Assembly (NCBI GenBank): GCA_040954595.2
Contig: CM082587.2
Span: 3,294,275 to 3,358,274 of the forward strand
Source of the DNA: Balanoglossus misakiensis
Lineage: Eukaryota; Animalia; Hemichordata
Reading direction: 5' to 3'
DNA: 64,000 nt
Positions 1-13,224 of this stretch are shown in pieces; positions within the stretch are counted from its first letter, which is position 1, and each line of letters opens with the position of its first letter. The position numbers were made by a program, and so were the translations under genes. Under the pieces are notes generated by a model that saw only the letters and a program-made list of their open reading frames with translations, was not told the origin of the DNA and ran no database searches.

Positions 1-891
1 CATGCCTCCTAAGTTCAATCAATGACACGACAAAAGACTCCGGTCACCTGCCTCGGTTGGGACGTCGACTTCATCTACCCGGTCTGGCGGATTTATGATG
101 CCCTTCCGTTCGCTCCCGACCCGTTTCGGCGCACCTACGTCAAAATCCTTGGCTCATAGACCTGTATACCGATTGGTAACCTCTCCATGTAATACCCTTC
201 GCGCATTCTTTAGCCCGGAAGCGTCAAGCTACAGTCGCAGTCTAGTCTGTGACTTGCAGACTAGCTGTGAACTCGTGTGACCTCAGTTGATCTCGTTATC
301 AAGTCTCGCCGCCTCACACGAGACTTCATAACAAAGAGACTTCAATATTGCCGACAGCGAGCTTTGTGTGGATAATCAGAGTTTCTAAATGCGACAGCAC
401 GAAATGCTTCCCAAATGTAAATTTGTAATTGTAGTCATTTCAAGTATAGCTCGAAGAATGGCTTGATTATTCGATTTGTATTGTATGACAGTACGTTTGA
501 AGTGAGTGAGACCCAAGTACTCGCAAAGAATAAAGTCTACGACAAAGGTAAATAAAGTATGTTTACTCCGAACGATAAGCAAAAGCGAGGCTCAAAATAT
601 TAACCATAAATTTCTCTCAGACAAATTTCATATGACAGGCATCGATAGCAATCCCACGAATGGGAACTGACGCACTGACATGTCACGGTCGCTCAAGGTC
701 AGAGTTCACTGATGACATATTAACTAGCTTAAAATCTTTTCATGCAGCGGTAACACGCTTCTCTTACGATATTGCAATTTACGGGGATTTCTCGTCACAG
801 GAGAACAAAGTACCAACACAGGTAACGAGGTAGTGCTTAAGACTTTGCTTTTATGAATCACCGTGTCTGTTATATGTCTTGATATCTCGCC

Positions 892-3068
892 ATGGCCAAG
901 TCGGCTGTGCTGGTGCTAATCATTGCCATGGGAACGTGGTACTATTGGCCTCTTCTGGAAAAGTGGAGTGTCTTATTGGTTGATTACATTACTGGCAATG
1001 CCGTGCATTTCGACTTTGATGAAGGCACCCAGAAGATCGCCGTAAGAAATATCGAAGGCGAAGACGTGTTGCACATCAGGTTGGGGCAAAGGTCGGACCT
1101 TAATCAAGGGTCGGCCTCTTGTCCCCTGACCCCGAACGATGCGGACGTTTGCTTGGATTTTGACTGCGGTATGCAGTTGACGTTACGGGAGGAGACGAAC
1201 GATGGCGTCCTGTGCCTCGACGTCAAATGGCAAGCCACCAGACAAGGCGTGATACCGTCGGATTGTCTCGAGCTCGCCGGTGCTCACTGGTACGGCGGCA
1301 GTGGGATGTACCACCAGCGCTGGCCAATCGAGGAACTGGACGCTCCCATGCAGCCGTACGTGTCCTCTGACATCCTCCAAGATATCCACGGACAATTCAG
1401 GCGAAATTACGGATCGGTGATCGAGCGGTACTGGATAAACTCTCGCGGCGTGGGCATCGCCGTCGATAACTCCGTACCCTTGCACGTGAGCATCAACGAA
1501 GACAACGACGGACTGATGTGCTTTGAGGCCGAGTATGAAGAGTCGCCGTACCAGTACCAGAGCCAGAATAAATTCCCATTTCTGAGCTACCGTGTCTGCG
1601 CAGGTGACAACGTCAGAAACATCCACGAGTTCCTTTCCGATCGCTTATTCGATAAGCCCGATGGTATCCCGGACGAAAGAATGTTCAGGTCCCCCATCTG
1701 GTCGACCTGGGCGCGCTACAAGATGGACATCAACCAATCGACGGTGGTCAACTTTGCACGCGAGATAAAGAGATTCGGTTTCTCCAACAGCCAGATTGAA
1801 ATCGACGACATTTGGTCCCCCACCTACGGCGATATTAAATTCGTCAAGGAAAAGTTTCCCAACCCAGCCCTGATGGTTGCTACGCTGCAGCGTCTGGGTT
1901 ACCGGGTGACCGCTTGGGTCACGCCCTTTGCTAACACCGACTCCGAAGCATACGCCGAAGGGATGCGAGAGGGTTACTGGGTGATGGACTGCTCGGGAGA
2001 AGCGCCTGCGCTGGTGAAATGGTGGCAGGGCACGGGTGCACTTTTGGATGTTACTAACATGAAAGCCGTCGACTGGTTCGTTGAAAGACTTCGTGATCTG
2101 AAACGAACTGTTCATTTGGATTCGTACAAATTCGACGCCGGAGAAGTTGCTTATCTACCGTCGTCCTGTTACCAAACCCACGAACCTCTCGAACATCCGG
2201 GCCAATACTCAACCAATTATGTCAAAACCGTCTCTCGTCTCGGCGACCAAATCGAAGTCCGCGTCGGTCACCAGACGCAAAGCCAGAGCATATTTGTGCG
2301 CATGTTTGACAAGGACTCCAAATGGGGTTACGACAATGGCTTGCGAACGATGATACCCACGGCTCTAATCATGGGTATCCTAGGTTACCCCTTTGTTCTA
2401 CCCGACATGATCGGCGGCAACGCCTACAGCGATGAAAGTTTTCACGTCGTCGACATGCCAGAGAGGGAGCTGTTCATTCGCTGGATGCAGCTCACTGCGT
2501 ACATGCCTTCCATGCAGTTTTCCATATCGCCATGGCAATACGATATCGAGGTCGTGAAGATGGGTTTGAAAATTGTCAAGCTGCACGAAGAAGTTGTGGC
2601 CCCGTTGGTTTTAGAACTTGCAGAAGAGGCCACGAAAACAGGTATGGCACATTGATACAGATGCTAACATATGCAAGAGTAGGTCAAACGTCACCTAATA
2701 ATATTAAGAACAAAAGCCCACATGCATGCATCATTTGGTTTAGTGCAATCCCAGTACATTATGACTCAAGTAACATGTATATCGGTGACTTTTCAGGAGC
2801 GCCCATCATGCGACCACTCTGGTGGATCGCCCCCAACGACGAGGCAGCGCAGACAATCGACTCCGAATACCTCATCGGCGATAACTTCTTGGTGGCTCCT
2901 ATACTGGAAGACGGCGCCCGCAAAAGGGACATCTATCTTCCTCGCGGTGTGTGGAAAGACACCCTGGATAAGCTTGGCCAAATTGAGGGAGGGAAATGGC
3001 TCAAAGACTATCCCATTGAACTAGATGAAATAGCCACGTTTACTAGAATATCGCCAGAAGAACCATGA
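892..3068 (+). CDS. MYORG: Myogenesis-regulating glycosidase-like (GH31 family, N-terminal membrane anchor); 2 coding exons
   Basis: Exons 892-2641 and 2797-3068 (ACA G|gtatgg ... tttcag|GA GCG, phase 1). Hydrophobic N-terminus. Motifs WYGG, PIWSTWARYK, IEIDD, KFDAGE (nucleophile), LPDMIGGNAY, ELFIRW and PIMRPLWW match GH31 MYORG. Confidence 0.93.
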
Positions 3069-4024
3069 AGTGGTTTAATGTCAACTTTCTTTTTTTATGT
3101 ATTAAAACAATGTTCTTTTATTCGTCTCTCTCGTTATTTCTATATCCTGTGTTGCATACAGTTTGACTACGTCCCGGGACCGTGTTGCTATATACCAGGC
3201 AGAAAATGAAGTTGTGCACTATTTATTACAAAATAGTGGACGTATAACATATGACATAATAGAGCCAGCACAATACACATTGGGCGTAAAGATTGCATAT
3301 TATGCAAGCTAAAGCCACTTATACCAACTTTGAAGCCTCAGCATGAGAGTCATCTTGAAAGTGTTCATTTTAAAGTAGTTCCCCAATGGCTTGCAGACAC
3401 TCGAAGCGAAATATCGACAGGGCTAAGATGAAATTCCAATGGCAACACTGGAAGAGAAATCTAATCCGTCGTTTACTCTAAGTTTAGTTCTGTTGACGCT
3501 TCTGACTGTGCATTCTGAGACAGGACCGAGGCTGACCCTTGAGCCTGATCTCAACGGCGATATGATCGCAAATACCGTTCCCTGTTTGCTTGTTTTCTTG
3601 CTTCTCTGGCTGACCGGTTTCAAAAGTGGTAAGGACAACAAACCTTGACTTGCAGTGCAGTGCAGTGGATAAGGAGACTCTGTGTCTATATACAACTCAT
3701 TGGTGCCATCAACTGGCAACAGTCTGGTACATGTATTTGCAGAAAGCGAAATAATTGTAGTAGGCCGAGATGCACTGAGCTGATGCGACTTCTTACATTT
3801 ATATTGAAGACTAAGAACATCGGCAAAAGCTTAGTAATTCAACTAAAATATAATTTATGAATAAAAAGGACTTGTGTTCAGTATATTAAATACCAAAACA
3901 ACTCTTTTTCTCTGTCATTCGGAACATGCAAACTTCTGCCACAGATATCGCTCTTTGCTTCATCTGGATCAGTTTCAGTTGTGGTTTCGGGGTTGAAATG
4001 TCACGGGCTTCAACGCCTATGTCA

Positions 4025-7000
4025 TCACATCACATGCTGGAGATTATACTCATGCGCCCTCATGCGTAAACTGTTTATGCTCGAGTTCGTTATATTATCA
4101 GCTGGCGACAGCAGGCCCTGGCTATGGCTGTGGGACGTCATCAAGTTGACGTGACCGTTCGTCGGGGGCGACCATGAGAGATATTCCGATGACGTCATAG
4201 CCTGTGAGTGTGCTGTGATTGGCTGTTCCATGACGGTCTCTTGGGGACTGGGAGACGTGTACAGTTTCTGACGAGAAGCGACTGCGTGACGTTCGTTCCT
4301 GCGATACTTGGCTCTCCGATTTTGGAACCATACCTAAAGAGAATAAATGTATCGTCTTAATTTTACACGTTCCTCCTTTCAAACTTATACTTCAGTATAT
4401 TTCACTATAACTTGAACAAACAAAAAATGATGGAATTGATGGATAGAACGACGCCAGCAACTGGGACAAGTATGTTAATATTTTAATAGGTTGACAGTTG
4501 AGACCACCCGCTAAAATCATGATAGATGTTAATATTAAATGATAGCGTCATAAAAGTATCATTAAACAGTTGGCTGCTAACAAATCACTTTTCACGGTGT
4601 CAATAACCCTTCGGTCGCTTCCGTAAATAGTTTTCGAAATTCCTTCAAGAGGAAACGTGTCTTCCATGTTATTACAAGTAGAAACATTCCTGTCAGTTTT
4701 ATGTTTGATAAAATACTACCCAGGTATATTTCTAGATTGAAATTTGTATGGATGTCTGTTTCATAGTACATGAACACTGGCGAGTTGTCCACCAATCTCC
4801 GAAAGGTGTGAGAAAAGTCCGACCTCGAACGAGCCTGCCAAAGGAGATTACGTCACCTGTACTCGAGCTTCGCTTAGGTCCACTCGTTTGGCCAAATCTT
4901 CACGTACAAACGCGTCAGGATAGTGAGTTCGCTCGAACACTTTTTCCAGGGCGTTTAATTGATTGCTCGTGAAGGTCGTCCGACTTCTTCTCTGTTTCTT
5001 CTTGGATTTGTTACTGGGTTTACCGTCTCCCCTGGAATTTTCATCTGTGTCATTGAAAGAAGACAAGCATGAGCCACCCAATAAACTCAACTCTGAATGA
5101 GCATGCGCAGCAGTACTGAAGTTTCGTCGGCTGCCCCCCCCCCCCCCCCCCGAAAAAAATGTGGACCTGTAAAATGCATGAGTGACTGTGATTGGCGTTT
5201 TCCATTTTGCGCACCTGGTGGAACGCGTCAACTTGCAGGCTGGCGCGAAGAGAGGCAGACAGAGATAAATCAGCGCGTTTTAATGGCGAAGAAGTGTTCT
5301 CCGGCTTGTGGCGTGAGATTAACCAGACCACGTCAGTATGCTGAGAGGACGACGCGATGTCTAGCGTGACTTGTGGCCAGTGAAACTCGACACAATCGCG
5401 GCGCTCTTTACACGCTTACGTCTTGCCCCGGGTAAGCAACTCGAGTCGGTGCTACATCACCAGTACACGCCAAACAATGTACTTCGCCGAGACTCGCCAA
5501 AAAACTTCTCGCCCGCAGTTTCACTTGATACAGAACTGGAACACGCCTTCATGTTAACATAGGTACACGCCGCGGTATATTATGATAGTTTATGCGTGAT
5601 TTCCCAGACGGAGGCGTATCAAGAAAATGTCTTATGGAAATAACTAACGGAGCTGAAAGGAAGACTTGTACGCTTGCAGATTCCTATCATTTTCTCCCCA
5701 AGCAAATTTAAAGTATTGGAAAGATAGATCAATGCATATATTCTAGTTGTGTGTACACATATTCAACCTTACATACCCCTGCGGACAATGTTAAACCAAC
5801 AGATTGATTAACGAATACATTTTTGAGATAACATGTGCAAATGTGCATATTGGATGGCGTATAGATGGCGAAAACAAAAACACCAAAGGGTGGAAAGCAA
5901 GATTTCCAAATACACATTATGTACCGACATGCATGACAGTTAAATAAATGTTTTCCGACACGACAGTTATAGAGGTTTAGGCTATTTGAAAATATTGCAT
6001 ACTCCATATTGGGTATAGTTCATATACTTGGGTAATATCATAACAGAACAATGATTGTACAGTTTACGAAGAGAAAGAACAGGCAAGAAATTGGCACTGG
6101 CATATACGACAGGCATATATACGGTGTTGATGGTCAAGAAAATACGAGGCTTTTGTGGAGATATGGCCGTACAACGTGCATAAATTTCTTCGGATTGCCC
6201 AGGCATCTACAATCGTCGGTCAGCGCCGTTGAAATAAATCGTGTTGTCACGTTGTTTATTTTGCGATCTTGTAAAAATTACCGTAAACTTCAAACATCAC
6301 TCTGTCTCAGGCAATTATGCCACGACACTAATGGCCGCACCGTGTGTTTCAGAATCGACTGCCCAGTCAAATTTAGATACGGAGGGCTCGTTCTCAGATG
6401 TCCGGGGCTTTTACGAGGCGCTGGTTATCTCAAACACTCCACCCGGCAGTGCATTGTTAATGGCCCGATAGGAACCAGTGATGGACCGTGTCTCCCGGAT
6501 TTATTTGCGAGTCATGTCGAGCTGCGAACGCGTAAAATAGAGTGACACAGAACATTAAGTGCGATAAGAAGAAAACAGCGCTGAATTATTGGCAATTGTT
6601 CCCTATCTCTGAATTCAGTGCGAAGGCGATAAACAAGGGTGGCCTGTATATCGATGATAGGTTCGAACGCGATGCGTTGACAACGTTGACTTGAAGCTGA
6701 GAAAGACCCCGCCACTTTCCGACGGTAGACTTTCCCAGCACTGAACAAAATCGGCGAAGACGCAAATGTCAGAAACTGTACAGACATTTCCATCACGCTT
6801 AACTTTCCAAAACTAACGAAGCAAAGCTGACAAAATACGGCTACATCACGCTATAAAACCGTGAAATTCGTCCATACACAACGATGGACAGTTTCATCTA
6901 TTTGTTAGGCGGCAATGTGTGCCGAAAATTCATTCGAATCGAATTTTAAACGTCACGGCGGGCCATAAATTTGCTGCCACTGCACTTAGAGCCTGTTTCG

Positions 7001-10000
7001 AGCGCCGCCCTTGAGAATGAACTATCTGGGAAAATGTTCGAAGCAAGCGGCGCGTTAACAAGTTGGCCGGCTCAGGTTCAAAACATTCCCGCGGTGGTTG
7101 GGCGAGCTCTTTTTAAAAATAAAGTAACAAGCTGGGGGAGATATGTCGGAATTTGCGGCATCCGTGTCGTGTGGTTTTAAGTGGTTTGCTCAGGTTGCCA
7201 AAATCACAGATTGCAACAGAACTTCTGATAAATTTCACAGCAAGACACTGAGCGTAGATCAGCGTGACAAGGAGTCCCTATTGCAAGTTGGAGAATGACG
7301 AGGAGTTGCTGTATGAAAAATACTCTTTTCAAATCTTGAGCATACTGGTTGAAAGGAAAATATTCCAATTGTCTATTACAGGATGCTTATCCCCGTGGGG
7401 TGACCGCATGAACAAAATAAATGGTCATCTTAGTTTAGAAGCAACATCTAGCATCCTGCTATTTCCGAGGTCTAAAATGCAAGTGTGGATCGAACCACGT
7501 TGGTGACTACAAGTTCAAAACTTGCTATTCTCTCGAGGCCATCGTTATTTCAGTAGACTAAGTGGTCGGCGTTCGGGAGTAAGAAAAGTTATTAATGTTC
7601 TTAACATTAACACGAGAAAAAAACGGAGAATATTTATGCCACAATTGAAGTCTGCTAAACGAGACGCAGGAGACGTGTGGTTTCATCGGCCATGGCTTGT
7701 TTCAGGTCGGTTTGTTGTACAGTCTCAGGGATGGAAATCATAGTCAGCGAAGATGCGTCCCCTTTTCTGTATCTACAGATATCTGCGACGAAATCGCGAT
7801 CAAAATTGTGAATGAATTTCTGAACGAAGAAGGATAACACAATAAGAACAGAGCCGACAAAAGGGTCTCATATTGATGTGTACATATTGCTAGTAAATAT
7901 ATCGACGAATGTTTTGTGACTGCGAAAATCTGTGGCGGGAAACATCGACCGTGTACTCGATTTCTCGGCGTGTTGGATACTTAAAGCTTTAATGTACGAG
8001 ATCAAGACACTTTAAGATAAACAGTTTACACAAGGAAGGACTCAAAATGTCATTGAGAAGAACTCTACACGTAGATGTAGGTCCTTTTTCTCGTGGCGTG
8101 TGTTGAGATAAAATAACATTAGCGCAATTTATAACGATATCGTTAAACTCGGGAAAAAGAGGAAACCATGATGGCGCCCATATCCATACATCTTGCTGTC
8201 CGAAGCCGTGAAATACGCTTAACCTTACCCAAAAGACAAAATATATATGCACCTTAGATGGGGGTCTGAAAACAATTGACGGACTTTACGTCATGGTTGA
8301 ATTCTTATACCAGTGGTAACGTCATCAGGACGTGTGTTTCGTCCCATAATCGGGCTATCTCCGAACTGCCACATTAACGAATCTGACTGACTTGTATATG
8401 AGCTCTACTGAATATATCGAGTGCTAGAACAATTTATATGGTTTCGCTGCAAGCGGACTGGATACTTCGAAGCGTTGACGTCGGAACTCATCTCCGGTTC
8501 CCCTTTCTAGGTTTACTTAGAAACGATGGCTAAGCGCGAATGTTGAATTATACTTTGAAAAATTAGGGGCCTTTTTCTCCCAATCGCCTCGCGATGACGC
8601 ATTTTTGCGTCACCCACGTTTGGTCTTTTGACGATTTACTGGCTTGTACAACTGTGGCGAGATCCAAACTGACTTGGAAGTTTTAAAATATTCGCAAACC
8701 AAGGAATCAGACGGACGGCAGAAATGAACGAAATCAGAAACCCTGTAAAACCAAATCCAGTATCAACATAAAAACAATAACAGGGGCGGGGCCTTCATAT
8801 CACTTGTATAATTGGCTTTTGTGTTCGGTGTTGGATTTTCGCATCAACTCGAATGAGAATCGAAATTCAGAATCTTTTACCAAAATTGCTACGTGTTCGA
8901 ATCGCTATGAAACTTCAGCCACGCCCTGGCTTCGGTTTCGAAACGCTGTCAGCAGATACAACACTCCACACACTGCTCAAACAAACCAAACACAATACTC
9001 CCGTGTGAAGACTGGAGCCGTAATAAGAGACGCCCGGCTATACGCTGCAAGCCAAAACTGCGAGGAAAAAAATTCTTGGTTTCTTAGTCACAACTCCAGA
9101 CTACCACTAAACACGACGTTTTCCCCGCCTTCTCTCAATTCGCATCCGAAGTGCTTGGCCAAAACACTTCACCAGATGTGATCTGGCACCAAGCAAGCGC
9201 GCGACCGGCGGAGAGAGGAAGGGCCGGACCTCGCCGTCTGTGTATCAATTTACTGTTTAAACTCGTGCTGGTTTCGTATTAGTAAATTAATCAGAAATGC
9301 CAGTGTGATAACAATAATTCCCATTAAATTGACTGTTAATAATAACTGACTTGCTGAGACAGACAGAAACTCAATCCTTGAGACCATATTGTTTAGGGAT
9401 TGTTGTCTGCTGCGTTTATATATATACGATCGGTCATATCCTCCTGAACATTACCAGTTAGCGGAACGCATGTCGGACAGGCATACTTCTGATACGACCT
9501 ACATTTTATCGATCTTCGTTTGTATGGATCTGCTGGGAAGAGCTAAAACATGTTTGCAAGTCATATGTATGACGCGGTGTCGTCTTGGATGTAACTGAAT
9601 ACACTGCAGACTTGGTTATATAAGCCATAGAGTTGATTTGAAGAGGGGGATAACGATGAGCTCGTTTGAAAATAAATATGAGTGAACGCTTCCCTTTAAG
9701 CTCTTTCCAATTTGAGGATCAAGACCATCCCGAAGTTGATGGTAACCCTTTAATAAGAGCAATTCCATAACAACGACAAAGTTTGCTGCATGGTTTTTGG
9801 TGACGATCTGAAACCACCATCTTCGAACAACAGAGCGCATTAGCGGCCATATGATCCTGACCTGCGTTCCCATAGGTTGTATTTTAAGTACCTTGATAGT
9901 AAACCCTAGACCCTCTTCAGGAATCTTTAATGCCTGGACAATATAAGACAAGGATGATATAAATGATTCGCTGATACAATGTTTTCAACTGATTTTTCGT

Positions 10001-10237
10001 CGAGTGGGAGCATTTATGCCACAGTCAACACTTTTTTTTACCTTCAACTGATTTTTCGCCATCTTCCGTGTCTTCTTCTTCCCGAGTATCCGAGTTTTTC
10101 CCGCTGTCCTCGCGAGCGATCTCGTGGTTTGCGTTGGCGTCTCTGCGAGGCATCTCCTTCAAGTCCAGCAGCCGGCACACGGAAAATCCTTTGCCTGTGT
10201 TATCGGTGTACGAGGGTGTTGGCGCTGGGTTCGACAT
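4025..10237 (-). CDS. Prrx: Paired-related homeobox protein (PRD class, Q50), Prrx ortholog; 3 exons
   Basis: Exons 10237-10042, 5044-4857 and 4333-4025, with consistent phases. N-terminal FSVCRLLDL resembles Prrx1 FSVSHLLDL. Homeodomain [47 protein letters not shown]|[12 protein letters not shown]. Also MEQPI, EYLSW and the C-terminal OAR motif [13 protein letters not shown]. Confidence 0.93.
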
Positions 10238-10599
10238 GGTACCGGTCAAGGCGCAAACGTTCATCGTGGAGAAGTCTTTTCAGAGAGCTGTGGTGCGCAA
10301 ACGTGTGTTTTTCTGTGCTTGTATGCTCACACAAACTTCCTCAACCTTCCGGGGGCGTGGAACTCAGGCCTATACTCTTCCCGTACAGTCTTCGTTGCTG
10401 TGACTGGATCCGCAAGGAGGGTGCTGCAACACATGGCCCGGCCAACTTCCTTATTGTTAACCCCGTATCAACTTCTCAAGTGTAGGAATCGTCGAGATGA
10501 AAGAGAAAACGGCATACCGACACCACTGCCAAACTCACATCGCTGTCCCACGAGAATCTGCCCCGCATAACACACACCATTATTTTCTATACCCTGGGG

Positions 10600-10860
10600 C
10601 GCCCCTCACAAAAACCAATCTCAGCGCGAGGTGAAAACCACGCCCTTATATTTCATAAAGACGCCTTATTGGCCAAAGCAAAAAATTATTGACAACTTTA
10701 CAAAACCATGGGCCAATGGTATTTAATGAGACAGCTAGGCGGGTCCGGAATAATAAAACGTCCGCAAGTCGTCATGCCAGGAGATTATTTTTAAGAGTCA
10801 ATTATTTTGGACTGCTTGTGGGCTTGGATAACGCTTCATCTCCGATTGGGTTTCAGTAAA
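10600..10860 (-). promoter_or_regulatory. Putative Prrx proximal promoter with clustered CCAAT boxes
   Basis: CCAAT/ATTGG motifs at about 10615, 10668, 10712 and 10845, some 400-600 bp upstream of the Prrx ATG. The TSS is not determined. Confidence 0.35.
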
Positions 10861-10973
10861 AACTGATTTCGCGCGCCGACAGTTAAGTAAACACGCTACG
10901 TCATCCTCAAACCACATTCACCTCCCATTCACGAAAACGTAGCGGTCACTGCTTGATTGTATTGTTAGAAAGT

Positions 10974-11016
10974 TCTCTCTCTCTCTCTCTCTCTCCCTCC
11001 CTCCCTCCCTCCCTCT
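10974..11016. repeat. (CT)n/(CCCT)n microsatellite
   Basis: Read directly from the sequence. Confidence 0.9.
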
Positions 11017-13224
11017 ATTCCAATGCCTTAAAGGCAACATATACCCCCACGGCGTGATATAATGAAACGCAAGTATCGGAAGTGTTACTTTAAAAGCGAT
11101 AGAATCCGGGGTATCGCTCAGCGGGAAACGAATGAACATTTCAGGCAGAAATTAATGTTATTATTCAGACTGGCAGTGGACGCTAAGAACAAGCAAAGCA
11201 TGTTGGTCGGTGTCTCTGTACTTTCGCTCGTAGCATATCAATGTCCATCTAAGACTTTGAGGAGTAGATTTTATAGGATACCAACTCGATCGATCATGTG
11301 TGCTATACGTGCATCAAATGCAAACACAAATCTCTCTTCGTAGAAATAATTTGAGAAAAATAAACAACCACAAACAATACGTAATGAGACAACTTAACCA
11401 AGACAAAACCGAAGAAGTAACCAATCAAGTGAAACTTAATTTCACTTGTAAAAAAGCCGGAATATAACACACAATTTCAAGTGGCTGATATCAAACGACT
11501 GTCTTAAAACAATGGCGATGCAAACGCCCAACCCATTGCCCGTACTTTCAGTCTAAACATACAATTGTCGTCATCAATTATGATTTTAGTTCGTCACGCT
11601 ATTATTGAGAAATGTATCGCGCAACTTCTCATGGTAGACACAGAAAATCTTGGAGGATTTTTAATGCTTCTGCTCTGGTGACACTAAATACTCGGAGTTT
11701 GTTTTAGTCGTCTCATTCGCTGATATACAATCCCCTGTCAGCCGAGCATAAATTTTCAACGTTATCCTGATGTGTGTCGAGAGGTCACGTCACAACAGAT
11801 GTTCAACAATTCAAGATTAGTGGCGTCAGTGTGTTGACGGGTATAGCCCGGATGTTGCCTGCTGTCCGGCGGTTCCAGATCAGATCGGTTGGTGGCGAGG
11901 ACTTTCTGCGGTGCGATGCATGCAGCGGTGATTGGCATTGGCATCATATTGCCAGCGTTTGTACTAGAATCCAATCACGCATGCGCGCGTCTGTGTCCCA
12001 TCATCGTGAGACATGTTGCGCCGTGGTCTTTGACCGCTAAAACTTTTTTTCGTCGATCCTCCTGCCCGCCAGATCTTAACTAGCCCTCCGCTCCCCCTTT
12101 CTCTGAACACAGCTGTGCTCCTAAGTATCCGTGCGTGGTGAATCTCTTACCTTGCTTACAATGTCCTAGCCTGTAACATCTTTTGCAGTTTTGTGACACG
12201 TTGAACTCGGACTGGTAGATAAGCTTTGTGTCTGCTGATATCCCATAATTGTCATTTTCGTTCACGACTCAACATTAAAATAATGACATGCATAGATTTG
12301 GGATCCCAGATGTGAGACACTTCATTTGACCAATAGCATGCTCTGAGTCGGATATCTTCAATTAAGTACCCTTGTGCTTATATCTTATTGGCTGATTGGT
12401 CCCCATTTCACACCAGCCAAATGCACTTTCGAATCAAATCGACCAACCAGAGGCTTTAGAGAAAGCTCCGGTTTGACATACAAACAAAGGGTCAAATAAC
12501 GCCGGGGACACTCCCACACATGTCATGCATGTGATACATTTTTCCCACGAAGCGGAAAGTCAATAATGGGAAACCCAGCTGCGGACTCGTCAGCAATTTC
12601 CAAATACATGTATTCTACTTCACAAACCACACTGGCCGGCGTAACACGGCGTACCGTTGTGAACGCTGTGCCTGGTACATTTTAAGGTAGTTGGTGAAGT
12701 TCTCTATCACACACATACAGAGAGAGAGAGGGGGGGGGGATTTCAAAAGTGGAATGAATACACGCCGACCAATTTGCGTTTGTTATGGGAGGAAAATATT
12801 ATCCGATAGATGTCACAGAACGGAAAGGGTTTCTAGTTTCTAGAATAAATTATAACAAGCTGCATTTCGCGGCAGTTTGAAGACTGTATGTGACACTACT
12901 GGGATTCACCGTCCGCTAGATACACTAGCAACAAAACGGAAAATGTGCATTTATGTAACACGTATCTTGAGCTATATTTAAGGAAGTGTGCTGCTCCATG
13001 CTTGAAATACCATGTGAACCGCTTGGCTCTAGTGCAGCATACACTGGCGGTATTCTGAAAGACAGAAAGAGGAAAGCCCAGTACGTAACTCAGTCTTCGA
13101 GTTAGTTGACGCGTCAGTGAATCAGTCTTGATCGTTATTAGACTTAGAGGTGTTTTCCAACTTTGCTAGCCAGATCTCAAACGGCACAGCCACAAGCGAA
13201 TATTTCGCTTACCCTTGCTTGGGA

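Noticed and set aside
1-300. Possible first exon of a divergent gene (minus-strand donor CAG|gtgacc near 47) and ORF 95-280
   Set aside because: No recognisable protein and the region is truncated by the window edge, so it cannot be supported.
1183-2633. Antisense ORFs overlapping MYORG (and likewise HNMT-like, the giant exon and SURF4)
   Set aside because: Shadow ORFs caused by the codon bias of the real genes on the opposite strand or in other frames.
4848-5231. Poly-Gly N-terminal extension of the homeobox ORF
   Set aside because: It derives from an intronic poly-C run. The true acceptor is at 5044 and joins in phase to exon 1.
6051-6545. 164-aa plus-strand ORF in Prrx intron 1
   Set aside because: No domain resemblance, no coding-like composition and no supporting splice structure.
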